A stretch of DNA of 64,000 nucleotides. Source: Octopus vulgaris (Eukaryota). The DNA lies in NCBI GenBank assembly GCA_951406725.2, contig OX597827.1, positions 15,314,001 through 15,378,000 on the forward strand, in the 5' to 3' direction. A program made the position numbers and the translations under genes. The notes beneath the pieces were generated by a model. That model had not been told where the DNA came from. It did not search any database and saw nothing but the letters and a program-made list of their open reading frames with translations. Shown in pieces: positions 1 through 11,592 of the stretch (within the stretch, counting starts at the first letter, position 1; the number at the start of each line of letters is the position of its first letter).

Positions 1-17
1 GTAATGCCCTTAATATA

Positions 18-64
<47 letters not shown>

Positions 65-373
65 TGTATGTATGTATATATATATGTTCCTTTATTTATG
101 GGATTAACAAAAAAATGTATACCATCCAATGAGAGATTAAATATCATTTGATATACACAAGATTTAAATGTGAGTTACAATAAGTTTCATGCTCTGATAG
201 TACAACAGTCAGATAATTTTTTTATGGCATGTCATGTACTATCATCAATCTTTCAGACTCTTGAGCCTGTAAGATTTCACAATAGTACATGCCACACTAT
301 GAAAACCCATCCAACTGTTGAACTATCTGAGTATAAACTTATAGTAGGTCACACTTAAATCATATGTGTGTCA

Positions 374-427
<54 letters not shown>

Positions 428-453
428 ATAAATCTATGTATGCATATATTAAG

Positions 454-489
<36 letters not shown>

Positions 490-614
490 TATGTCTGCAA
501 TGGACTGGTGTCCCATCCAGCTGGGGAACACATATGCCATAGAAACCGGGAAACCGGGCCCATGAGCCTGGCTAGGCTTTAAAAGGGCCCATCTATTATA
601 TTTTTTATATAAAT

Positions 615-653
<39 letters not shown>

Positions 654-656
<3 letters not shown>

Positions 657-943
657 CAATTAAGATTCAAGTCAATTCTAATGAATTCACTTGAATGCGG
701 TACTTAACTTAGATGCACCAGAAAACTATATGCTGTTAACCACACAGTAATGTGGGGTGATTATAAACGAGAAAGAAGCAACAAGAATGGATTAGTTTTT
801 AGTACAATTGTTTCATACAAAGACAGGCTTTATTAAAAGTTGCAAATATTATCTGCTGCAATATTTGCAACCTTTAATAATGCCTGTCTTTGTATGAAAC
901 AATTGTACTAAAAACTAATCCATTCTTGTTGCTTCTTTCTCGT
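654..943. mobile_element. (TA)n-embedded fold-back element with a hammerhead 3' half (Penelope-like terminus remnant)
   Basis: Palindrome 767-943; each arm carries GAAA-CAATTG-TA; flanked by (TA)n; same family as 22336-22556. Confidence 0.65.
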
Positions 944-1004
944 ATATATATATATATATATATATAGAAAGAGAGAGAAAGTGAGAGATTTGCAAATATA
1001 AATA

Positions 1005-1198
1005 CAGAGTCCGACAAAAAACAAAGTATGCACGCTTCAGGAAAAGAAAAGCCTGTATAAATATTTTAATTCAGTATTATTGCAATTTGCTAAAACATTG
1101 AAAGAGGTATTTATATCTATAGAGGTGCTCATACAAGTCAGATATTTACACAGGTTTTTCCTTTCCTGAGGAGTGTATACATTTTTTTTGGTGGACTC

Positions 1199-1200
<2 letters not shown>
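1005..1200. mobile_element. Tc1/mariner-type MITE
   Basis: TA|CAGAGTCCGACAAAAAA ... TTTTTTGGTGGACTCTA|TA with long imperfect TIRs. Confidence 0.6.
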
Positions 1201-1244
<44 letters not shown>

Positions 1245-1649
1245 TGTGTGTGTGTGTAAATATATATGCTATCATATATATATATCAGAAATATTAAATT
1301 TCTAAATATCTCATAGAGATATGTACGGTGGTGGGGCGATAGAATAGTTGTATACTGTCAACTTAACGTGACAGTCCCGTAAGGGAATTACACCACCGCT
1401 GTTTAGCCCTAGGAAGCACTGACGCTTCCTGTCAGCCTTGACAAATATATAACCTCACAGGAAATGTGAGAAAGAGATTAACATAACAAACTCTTTAAAA
1501 ATTTAAAAACATAAAAACTTCTTCCTCCTCAGACTGAAATCTTAGATCTATTTAAGAAGTCGATATATAATATACAATAATTTCATTATTATTATTATTA
1601 TTAAAATAATACACTGACTTCTTAATTTGATGATTATAAGATAAATAAA

Positions 1650-2093
1650 GGATCTTTTTGGTTTGAACGGCAGTTTTTTCTAGCGGTGTCATATGAAATT
1701 GTCACCCATAGTTATGACCCTAGTATCGATCTATTGCATTTCAATCTGATTTAGGGTTAGGGTTAGTTAGGGTTAGGGTTAGGGGTGGGGGGAAAGGTAT
1801 CTTTTTTCTTCACAAATGTAAATAAACCTAATCTGTTTCTTAAACGAGGGACATATTCATACGTCACAGAATGTTTTTTTTACCTCAATAGACGTCACTG
1901 ATTGGTTGAAATTGCAGAAATTGAAGAAATTCAAGAAAAAAAACAACAAATATCTTACAAACTATAGAATTTTCTCAATAAAGCCAAGAGAAAAAGATGT
2001 TTTATAAACACATTCTACCAGTATACGAGGTTTAAAAGTGTTTAGATACATGGAAATTATTTTTAAAAACTGCCGTTCAAACCGAAAAGATCC
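1650..2093 (+). mobile_element. Merlin-like MITE with an internal (TTAGGG)n tract
   Basis: TIR of about 28 bp, GGATCTTTT(T/C)GGTTTGAACGGCAGTTTTT; 8-bp TSD taaataaa/caaataaa; superfamily inferred from GG termini and TSD length. Confidence 0.75.
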
Positions 2094-2563
2094 CAAATAA
2101 ATAAGGAAGAAATAGATCCTAATGTCTACTGGCAACAAATCAACATTAAACTAAACTTTTGTTGGAACTTCATCATTTTGATGATAATAATTATCAGTTA
2201 ATTTGTGAATCAGTCAGGTTGCCCACTTTTTCTTGTTTAATTGTAACACAGATTTCTCATGCTTTGAACTACTAGAAGTGTTGACACATTCCAGAAAATT
2301 GTGCATTAGTATTCTAATTATAGTTAATAACAAGGGCATAAGAGTGATAGTTTTGTGAGGGAGTTGTCAATAAACATGTTGTGGTAGTAGTAGACACATA
2401 TGTTTCTTGTTAGGTGTTCATGGATTTATCGCCATCCTCAAAATATACGAGCCTAGTTCAACATTTATTAATAGAAAGTGTTGACAACAGCTTTAATAGA
2501 CAAAGAATCAAGGATGTTCATATCATATCACTATGTTTTAGCTGTGTTCCTGACAAAAAATAT

Positions 2564-3015
2564 GGATCTTTTCGGTTTGAACGGCAGTTTTTTCTAGCGG
2601 TGTCATATGAAATTGTCACCCATAATTATGACCTTAGTATCGATCTATTGCATTTCAATCTGTTTTAGGATTAGGGTTAGTTAGGGTTAGTTATGGTTAG
2701 TTAGGGTTAGGGTTAGGGGTGGGGGAAGGGTATCTTTTTTTCTTCACAAATGTAAATAAGCCCAATCTGTTTATTAAACGAGGGACATATTCATACGGCA
2801 CGTAATGTGTTTTACCTCAATAGATGCCAGTGATTGGTTGAAATTACAGAAATTGAAGAAAATAAACAACAAATATCTTACAAACTATAGAATTTTCACA
2901 ATAAAGCCAAGAGAAAAAGATGTTTTATAAACGCATTCTACCAGTATATGAAGTTTTAAATTTTTTAGTTACATAGAAATTATGTTAAAAACTGCCGTTC
3001 AAACCGAAAAGATCC
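2564..3015 (+). mobile_element. Merlin-like MITE with an internal (TTAGGG)n tract
   Basis: Same TIRs; 8-bp TSD aaaaatat on both sides. Confidence 0.78.
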
Positions 3016-3210
3016 AAAAATATCTAACTGTCAATGATTCTAGTTCAGCTGATTGTAAATTATTCCATGGTATGAAGTATTTCACCTGTATAAGTGGTCC
3101 ATGCATAATATATTTAGTCAATATTGCCTTACATTTATTGAGTTGAGCTTAAATATCTACTAGTGTAAACCTTGGAAAGCAATAAACTTGTGACACACCA
3201 CATGTAGTGT

Positions 3211-3520
3211 GTGGAGGCACATGGTCTAGTGGTCAGAGCAGTGGACCAGCGGTCGAGAGATCGTGGGTTCGAATCTCAGACCGGGCAATGTGTGTGTTTA
3301 TGAGCGAAAACACCTAAGCTCCACGCGACTCTGGCAGAAGGTAATTGCGAACTTCTGCTGACTCTTTCGCCACAACTTTCTCTCACTCTTTCCTCCTGCA
3401 TCTTACAGCTCACCTGCGATGGACCGGCGTCCCATCCAGGTGGGGAACCTATATGCCAAGAAACCGGGAAACCGGCCCTTATGAGCCAGGCATGGCTCAA
3501 GAAGGAACAAACAAACAAGC
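3211..3520 (+). mobile_element. tRNA-derived SINE, family C
   Basis: A box TGGTCTAGTGG and B box GGTTCGAATC; TSD catgtagtgt; related copies at 45587-45880 (+), 48031-48345 (-), 61126-61432 (+), 17335-17590, 49570-49900 and 60692-61030. Confidence 0.8.
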
Positions 3521-4147
3521 AGCATGTAGTGTATATCTATGGCTTCTCAGGGTTTACATAACAACTACATTGATGGTTATCACAGCACTAAACTTGTGAA
3601 GTAAAGGAATAGTTATTATATTTGTAGGGAAATTGAAACGTACACTCAAAGTCTTTATACCTACTGTGATAGAACACAAAAATATGGAATTCAACTAATA
3701 TTATATTTAAAATAGTGTGTGGCTGATATTACAGTTTTATCAATGAAATCTTATAAAAATATTTGCGACTAACATTGTAGTGAAATTTTAAGGTTATATT
3801 TATTAAGTACCTAAATGTGCCTTTTGGATGAAATCTTTGTGCTAGTTGCTTGATTTACTGGGTGTCTACGTCACTTTTACAAGATTGAAATATAGAAGGG
3901 GTTGGCTAATTATCAGATTTTTTTTTGAGAATATGAAAGCTGACTACAACATCACAGAAAGATTAATAACACATAAGCAAATCAATTAATAAATATCACA
4001 TCATGCTCACATACTTATGTCTTCTTCAGAAATGCGCTCAGATGGTTTAAGTACATATGTACAAGATTACATCTAACATATATATACATATATACATACA
4101 TTTATAAATTTAATACATTTATCTATCTATCTATCTATCTATATACA

Positions 4148-4513
<366 letters not shown>

Positions 4514-4514
4514 G

Positions 4515-4566
<52 letters not shown>

Positions 4567-4567
<1 letters not shown>

Positions 4568-5086
4568 GCATTATTTACAATGGATAGATAAGGTATCCTC
4601 ATCTTTGTTTCGGTAGATGTACTGTCCAGCCTTCATCAGGTGTTTTGGTGGAATTTCGAGCCCACCCCTTTATTTGACTAATGGGATAAACTGTTCTCAT
4701 TCCTAAGGTGTGTTCCTGATGTTATTTTTCTGTTGACATTATTTTTCAAGTCCCTGCCTGGGATTGAACTTAGAATTCGAGGGTTAGTAGCCCGTGCTCT
4801 TATCCACAGTTATGTTACATTATTTACAATGGACGGATTCTAAGTTCAATCCCAGGCAGGGACTTGAAAAATAATCAACAGAAAAATAACATAAGCAACA
4901 TACCACAGGAATGAGTACAGTGTACCCCGTTAGTCAAATAAAGGGTTCTGTTTGAAATTCCAACAAAACACCTGATGAAGGCTGGAGAGTACATCAGCCG
5001 AAACGTTGTCATAACAACAAACAAGGTGAGGGCACCTATCTGTCCATTGTAAATAATGCGCATAATTCCTCATCTCAAAAATATAG

Positions 5087-5092
<6 letters not shown>
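4567..5092. mobile_element. Inverted-duplicated element with a tRNA-like head and hammerhead motif, inserted in (TA)n
   Basis: Arms 4567-4778 and 4838-5060 are reverse complements; CTGATGA-A-GGCTG...CAGCC-GAAACGTT at 4972-5007; tRNA-like segment at 4752-4810 (-). Confidence 0.7.
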
Positions 5093-5133
<41 letters not shown>

Positions 5134-5159
5134 CATACATACATATATATATATGTATG

Positions 5160-5198
<39 letters not shown>

Positions 5199-5216
5199 CA
5201 TACATACATACATATA

Positions 5217-5263
<47 letters not shown>

Positions 5264-5264
5264 G

Positions 5265-5315
<51 letters not shown>

Positions 5316-5413
5316 TATATACATACAAACACACATGTGCACACACACACACGCACACACATATAAATATGTATATACAGATATTTTTATAATAATTTGT
5401 ATGCATATATGTA

Positions 5414-5463
<50 letters not shown>

Positions 5464-5468
5464 CATGC

Positions 5469-5502
<34 letters not shown>

Positions 5503-5524
5503 TATTTATATTTATATATTTGAG

Positions 5525-7213
5525 CTATATTGTGTATTCAATTCCTTGCTTTCCTTGTCTCATCCCACAAGGGAAGCCACCAGGTGTATTAGTCCAGCCA
5601 GGGTTCCATACAGGAGCCATTGTGAAGCCTCGCGACCACATGTAATTATTTTCCCAGCTTTGCGGTATCTGATGGCGAGACGATGTATTCATCCATGATG
5701 TCGGAGGCAGAGAAGATGGCCCTCGAGGGTGAGAAGCAAAAGATTGCGGATCTCTGAGGTAATCCCCTTCGAATCGTTGTACCATGTGATCTGTATTTTT
5801 CATGTCCTGTCGCATGTGATGACCATGAGACGCGATTGACGTCTTGCAACAGATATCAGAATTGAAAGACTGTTGTTTGCTTGAGGTATGAGTATGGCTT
5901 CTTTTATGAAGCTCCAAATCTGTCCTCTGCGAGTAGACTTTGCTACAGTTTAGCATTTTGTTGTTATGATGCGTGTGTTTGTGAGCTTCAATCTCAAGAG
6001 AGTGAGCAAATATCTTTCCGCAAATATTGCAACTGAATGGCAACATCGGAGCGTTCTGTTCTTTTTCCGGGGGGATGGGGGTATTATGGGTCCGTTTATG
6101 GTTCTTTAAGATTGCACGTTGAGCAAAAGCTTTCCCACAATATTCACACTTGAATGGCTTTTCTCCCGTATGTGTCCTACGGTGATTATCAAAGTTGGTT
6201 CTCTGGGCGAATGCCTTCCCGCAAAAGTTACACTTAAAAGGTCTCTCACCTGTATGAATACGTTTATGATTATCCAGGTGTGTTCTTTGAGTAAACATCT
6301 TCTCACAATACTCGCACTTAAAAGGTTTCTCACCTGTGTGTGTTCGTTTGTGGTTATCAAGGTGAGTTCTTTGAATGAATGCTTTACCACAGAAGTCACA
6401 TATGAACGGCTTCTCACCTGTATGAATTCGTTTGTGGTTGTCAAGGTTTGTACGTTGTGCAAATGCTTTTTCGCAGAAAACACATTTGAACGGTTTTTCT
6501 CCGGTGTGTGTCCGACGATGGTTATCAAGATTGACCACCTGAGCAAATGCTTTGTCACAGAAAGAACAAACGAACGGTTTTTCACCTGTGTGGATACGTT
6601 TGTGGTTGACCAAATTTACAATCTGCGCAAACGCTTTATCACAGAAGTCACATTTAAACGGTTTCTCACCTGTATGAACGCGTTCATGATATTTAAGATT
6701 AGTTATCTGACTGAATGACTTTGAACAGTATGAGCAAGAAAATGGTTTCTCTCCGGTATGAACACGTTCGTGATTTTCCACGTTTGTCTGTTGACTGAAA
6801 GACTTTGAACAGAACCCACACTGATAAGGTTTCTCTCCCGTATGAGTCCGTTTATGATTATCATAATTAGCTTTCTGAGCAAATGCTTTATCGCAATAAG
6901 TGCAATTAAATGGTTTCTGCCCCGTGTGCGTTAACTCATGGGTTGTTAACCGAGCCCTCTGAGAAAATGCCTTCTGGCAATAACTGCAAAAGAAATGCTT
7001 CTCCCTAGCTGGCATCATTTCATGATTACTTAAATTAACCTTCCTGGAAAACCCTTTGCGGCAGACATTACATCTGAATGGCTTATCATTTGAAAACCCC
7101 ATTTTGTTATCATTATGGCAATGATGCTGTGACTGGTTTTGAGAAAAGGGTTTGTTCGGTGGATCAAAGTTAAACTGATTCCCCATTGGGTATAATGACT
7201 GGGTGGAATACAT
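5525..7213 (-). CDS. Tandem C2H2 zinc-finger protein ZF1 (562 aa; 11 intact linked fingers plus one isolated and several degenerate fingers), single coding exon
   Basis: Uninterrupted ORF with repeated CxxC-x12-HxxxH and TGEKPF linkers; ATG at 7213, TAG at 5525-5527. Confidence 0.93.
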   Translation of the reverse strand: MYSTQSLYPMGNQFNFDPPNKPFSQNQSQHHCHNDNKMGFSNDKPFRCNVCRKGFSRKVNLSNHEMMPAREKHFFCSYCQKAFSQRARLTTHELTHTGQKPFNCTYCDKAFAQKANYDNHKRTHTGEKPYQCGFCSKSFSQQTNVENHERVHTGEKPFSCSYCSKSFSQITNLKYHERVHTGEKPFKCDFCDKAFAQIVNLVNHKRIHTGEKPFVCSFCDKAFAQVVNLDNHRRTHTGEKPFKCVFCEKAFAQRTNLDNHKRIHTGEKPFICDFCGKAFIQRTHLDNHKRTHTGEKPFKCEYCEKMFTQRTHLDNHKRIHTGERPFKCNFCGKAFAQRTNFDNHRRTHTGEKPFKCEYCGKAFAQRAILKNHKRTHNTPIPPEKEQNAPMLPFSCNICGKIFAHSLEIEAHKHTHHNNKMLNCSKVYSQRTDLELHKRSHTHTSSKQQSFNSDICCKTSIASHGHHMRQDMKNTDHMVQRFEGDYLRDPQSFASHPRGPSSLPPTSWMNTSSRHQIPQSWENNYMWSRGFTMAPVWNPGWTNTPGGFPCGMRQGKQGIEYTI

Positions 7214-7372
7214 ACTTTTATTGTTTTAGAAACCTTAATCTTCTTTAACTTTTAAAGCTTCAAACTGCTGCTTAATTTGTTTAGATATGAGGGTTTCTCA
7301 AAACCTGGAGTGGGAATATTTTTGTTGCATTAACACCTCAGCATAAAGATCCAGCCATATGATTCCCAGAAG

Positions 7373-7400
7373 CTGAAAGTAAAAGTGAGAAAAAGAAAAC
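7373..7400 (-). promoter_or_regulatory. Splice acceptor of the ZF1 coding exon (exon starts at about 7372)
   Basis: Minus strand reads gttttctttttctcacttttactttcAG, about 160 nt upstream of the ATG. Confidence 0.7.
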
Positions 7401-7625
7401 GTTAGAAGAAGCATCACTAATAGATTAACTCAATCAAATACATGTCTGTATGTCTGTGTAAGAGTGTGTGTATGTGCGTGGGTGTGTGAAAGGGAGGGAG
7501 CGAGAATACATTCCAGACATACATATATATGTAGAATTAAAATCTGATTGTGGGGGGGGGTGAGTCTGTTTGTCTGTCTGTTCATTACTTTAACCTTGAA
7601 ATCTTCCAAAACATATCTAAATATT

Positions 7626-8015
7626 TCACAGGAGTGGCTGTGTGGTAAGTAGCTTGCTAACCAACCACATGGTTCTGGGTTCAGTCCAACTGCGTGGCAT
7701 CTTGGGTAAGTGTCTTCTGCTATAGCCCCGGGCCGACCAATGCCTTGTGAGTGGATTTGGTAGACGGAAACTGAAAGAAGCCTGTCGTATATATGTATAT
7801 ATATATATATGTGTGTGTGTTTGTCCCCCTAGCATTGCTTGACAACCGATGCTGGTGTGTTTACGTCCCCGTCACTTAGCGGTTCGGCAAAAGAGACCGA
7901 TAGAATAAGTACTGGGCTTACAAAGAATAAGTCCCAGGGTCGATTTGATCGACTAAAGGCGGTGCTCCAGCATGGCCGCAGTCAAATGACTGAAACAAGT
8001 AAAAGAGTAAAGAGT
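7626..8015 (+). mobile_element. tRNA-derived SINE, family A (about 400 bp, internal TA/TG microsatellite)
   Basis: More than 20 copies in the window, e.g. 9366-9805, 14828-15225, 18495-18895, 28450-28800, 30735-31125, 50008-50375, 56467-56875, 58925-59320 (+); 39245-39625, 43375-43778, 44310-44690, 47360-47778, 57640-58030 (-). Confidence 0.88.
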
Positions 8016-8129
8016 ATAATAGAGTATGTAGTCCATGCCCAAAAAATTTATTAAAACTCTTAGTGTTTGGGAAAAGTTAAAACTTTGATATAAGATAATA
8101 ATTTAATCTCTTGTATTTTTTACTCTTTT

Positions 8130-8510
8130 CCTCTTTTACTCTTTTACTTGTTTCAGTCATTTTACTGTGGCCATGCTGGAGCACCGCCTTTTAGTCGAGC
8201 AAATCGACCCCGGAACTTATTCTTTGTAAGTGACGGGGACGTAAACAAACCAGCATCGTTTGTCAAGCAATGCTAGGGGGACAAACACAGACACACAAAC
8301 ACACACATACATATATATATATACATATATATATATACATATATACGACAGGCTTCTTTCAGTTTCCGTCTACCAAATCCACTCACAAGGCATTGTTCAG
8401 CCTGAGGCTATAGCAGAAGACACTTGCCCAGGGTGCCACGCAGTGGGACTGAACCCGGAACCATGTGGTTGGTAAGCAAGCTACTTACCACACAGCCACT
8501 CCTGCGCCTA
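8130..8510 (-). mobile_element. SINE family A, inverted relative to the neighbouring copy
   Basis: Reverse complement of 7626-8015 with an internal deletion. Confidence 0.85.
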
Positions 8511-8724
8511 TTTATTTACATTTAAATATAAAGAAACATATACAATGATGTTAGACATGTGAAACACCAGTTCAAGATGGAAAAGAGCAAACAAGGGTCT
8601 CTGACAGGACTAAATTCACACACCTGTCTATTGTTGACAAACTAAGGATTATAAGGACTTTGCCATTCCATCTTCTCAAAATTATACATTATAAATTTGT
8701 TTCTGCTGTTTTACCTGTACTATT

Positions 8725-9145
8725 TCTTATTCCTTTATTGCCCACAAGGGGCTAAACATAGAGGGGACAAACAAGGACAGACAAAGGAATTAAGTCGATT
8801 ACATTGACCCCAGTGCGTAACTGGTACTTAATTTATTGACCCCAAACGGATGAAAGGCAAAGTCAACCTTGGTGGAATTTGAACTCAGAACGTAACAGCA
8901 GATGAAATACCTATTTCTTTACTTACCCACAAGGGGCTAAACACAGAGGGGACAAACAAGGACAGACAAACAGATTAAGTCGATTTTATCAACCCCAGTG
9001 CGTAACTGGTAATTATTTAATCGACCCTGAAAGGACGAAAGGCAAAGTCGACCTCGGCGGAATTTGAACTCAGAACGTAGCAGCAGACAAAATACTGCAA
9101 AGCATTTCGCCCGACGTGCTAACGATTCAGCCAGCTTGCCGCCTT
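8725..9145 (-). mobile_element. SINE family B, tandem dimer
   Basis: Core gttctgagttcaaattccgccgaggtcgactttgcctttcatcc...agccccttgtgggcaataaagaaata; single copies at 10066-10298, 14218-14450, 44860-45095, 54583-54800 and 59857-60056. Confidence 0.8.
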
Positions 9146-9529
9146 ACCTGTACTATTTATGTTGCCACAAGATACCTCATCAGTAACTTAGTGGTAGCAG
9201 GATAGGCTACTCTACAAATACCCAGTATTGTGAGATGTCCTACTTTAATAATAGATATGGAGTTCATGTTACATCTGTTGCTTTGTTGGTCAGTTGTTTT
9301 GAACTTGTTCTTAAAATATTTGATGTCGTTTATTTTTTTAAAAATTAACAGTTGATATATTCATAGAGTCGCAGGAGTGGCTGTGTGGTAAGTAGCTTGC
9401 TTACCAACCACATGGTTCCGGGTTCAGTCCCACTGCGTGGCACCTTGGGCAAGTGTCTTCTACTACAGCCTCGGGCTGATCAAAGCCCTGTGAGAGGATT
9501 TGGTAAACGGAAACTGAAAGAAGCCTGTC

Positions 9530-9597
<68 letters not shown>

Positions 9598-9928
9598 TTG
9601 TGTGTCTGTGTTTGTTCCCCCAACATCGCTTGACAACCGATACTGGTGTGTTTATGTCCCTGTAACGTAGCAGTTCGGCAAAGGAGACCGATAGAATAAG
9701 TACTAGGCTTACAAAGAATAAGTCCTGGGGTCGATTTGCTCGACTAAAGGCAGTGCTCCAGCATGGCCACAGTCAAATGACTGAAACAAGTAAAAGAGTA
9801 AAGAAGTTTTTGAAAATCTTGCAATGTTTTTATGGATTTTCAGTTTTTACATGCACCAGACAAATATTGGAATCAATGTATGTGTATTGATGTATGTGTC
9901 TGCATGTAGGTGTGCATGTGTACATGTA

Positions 9929-11592
9929 TAAGGTACATTCAAAAAGTATCCAACTAAACTTTGTTTTTTTTCCATGAATGCTAATGCGATAAGGGTAAAA
10001 TTCTTTGGGTGGGAAGTGACATCACCTTTCCAGCACAGTAGGTGGTATCAGTAACTGGCTTGAAAGGGCAGCGAGTTGGCAGAACCGTTAGCACACCAGG
10101 CAAAATGCATAGCTGTATTTCGTCTGCCATTCCTTCTGAGTTCAAATTCCGCCGAGGTCGACTTTGCCTTTCATCCTTTCGGGGTCGATAAATTAAGTAC
10201 CAGTTACGCACTGGGGTCGATGTAATCAACTTAATCCATTTGTCTGTCCTTGTTTGTCCCCTCTATGTTTAGCCCCTTGTGGGTAGTAAAGAAACAGGTA
10301 TCAGTATGTGGCTTGTAAACCTAGAGTACAGACACATAGTGTGCACTTATTGGAATTTTATTCTCACTGAATGCATCAAGTTTTGCCAAAAGCTTGGTGA
10401 TACTTGAGCTCATAGCATCCAGAAGATTCAGCGATCTATAGTGATGATGCCATAGGCAAAACTCAGATCAGGGTGTGGTACAGCTGCTTCATGCATGACC
10501 TCACCTCAATGGGGGTCAAGGCATGCTTGGACAGACCATCCACAAGCTGAAACGAGGAGCTGATTGAGAAGGTCCAGCAAATAGTCATAGAAGACCATTG
10601 TGTAACAATTCAGGAAATTGCTAAAACAGGTGGAAATAAGCACAAGATCAGCGCAGTCCATTTTCACAGAGTGAGATGTGTATGTGGAGTGTCAGCAAAA
10701 TCATTCCCCAAGGTGCTGGTCAAGCAGCAGAAGCTACTGTACATGGAAATCACTCAGGTCATACTGAACTGTGCAAACCACAACCCAGACTTCATGGAGA
10801 CAATCATCACTGATGATATTACCTGGGTTTATAGTCTCTCTTTGATGCATTCGGTCATCTTGCATGAAAACAAAAATCCAATCGAAATCAAAATCAAAGT
10901 GAAATTCGATGACGGGCACAAGCACCATACAATCGTGATCATTGACAGAGCAGCTAACTGGCTTCTGTGCCAGTGGCACCATTAGAGTGTGATCGTTACC
11001 AGCTTCGCCTTACTAGCACTTGTGTCCCGTGCTAGTAGGGTGCTAAGAGCACCATCTGAGCATGATCGTTGCCAGAGCAGCTAACTGGCTTCCGTGCCGG
11101 TGGCATGTAGGAGGCACCATTCGAGCGGGAAAGTTACCAGCATCACCTTGGTGGCACCTGTGCCGTTGGCATGTGTAAAAAAAAAAATTTGAGCGAGGTC
11201 GTTGCCAGTACCGCCTGACTGGCCCCTGTGCCGGTGGCACGTAAAAGCACCCACTACACTCTCGGAGTGGTTGGTGTTAGGAAGGGCATCCAGCTGTAGA
11301 AACTCTGCCAGATCAAGACTGGAGCCTGGTGCAGCCATCTGGTTCGCCAGTCCACAGTCAAACCGTCCAACCCATGCTAGCATGGAAAGCGGACGTTAAA
11401 CGATGATGATGATGATGATGATGATGCAGTGAGTACAATAAGTACATCTGTACTCTAAGCATAACAGCCAGGAAATTTTCCATGTTTGTGCAAGGAAGGG
11501 TGGCACCACCTCCTACCCAAAGGACCTTGTCTATGCAACGTTAGTTTTGGTAAGAGAAAATATAAGGTGAGATACTTTGTGACTGCACCTTG
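9929..11592 (+). mobile_element. Decayed mariner transposon with long imperfect TIRs, interrupted by two retroposons
   Basis: TA|taaggtacattcaaaaagtatcc ... gagatactttgtgactgcaccttg|TA; subterminal segments also inversely similar. Confidence 0.7.
10370..10835 (+). pseudogene. Mariner transposase remnant
   Basis: Frameshifted pieces CIKFCQKLGDT and PDFMETIITDDITWVY resemble the mariner N-terminus and the IITGDETWVY catalytic motif. Confidence 0.75.

Noticed and set aside
1750-1795. True telomere or chromosome fusion site
   Set aside because: The short TTAGGG arrays are internal to a TIR/TSD-bounded MITE
7626-7835. Recurring short ORFs such as [15 protein letters not shown]...MWLVSKLL
   Set aside because: Translations of SINE family A copies, not a peptide gene family
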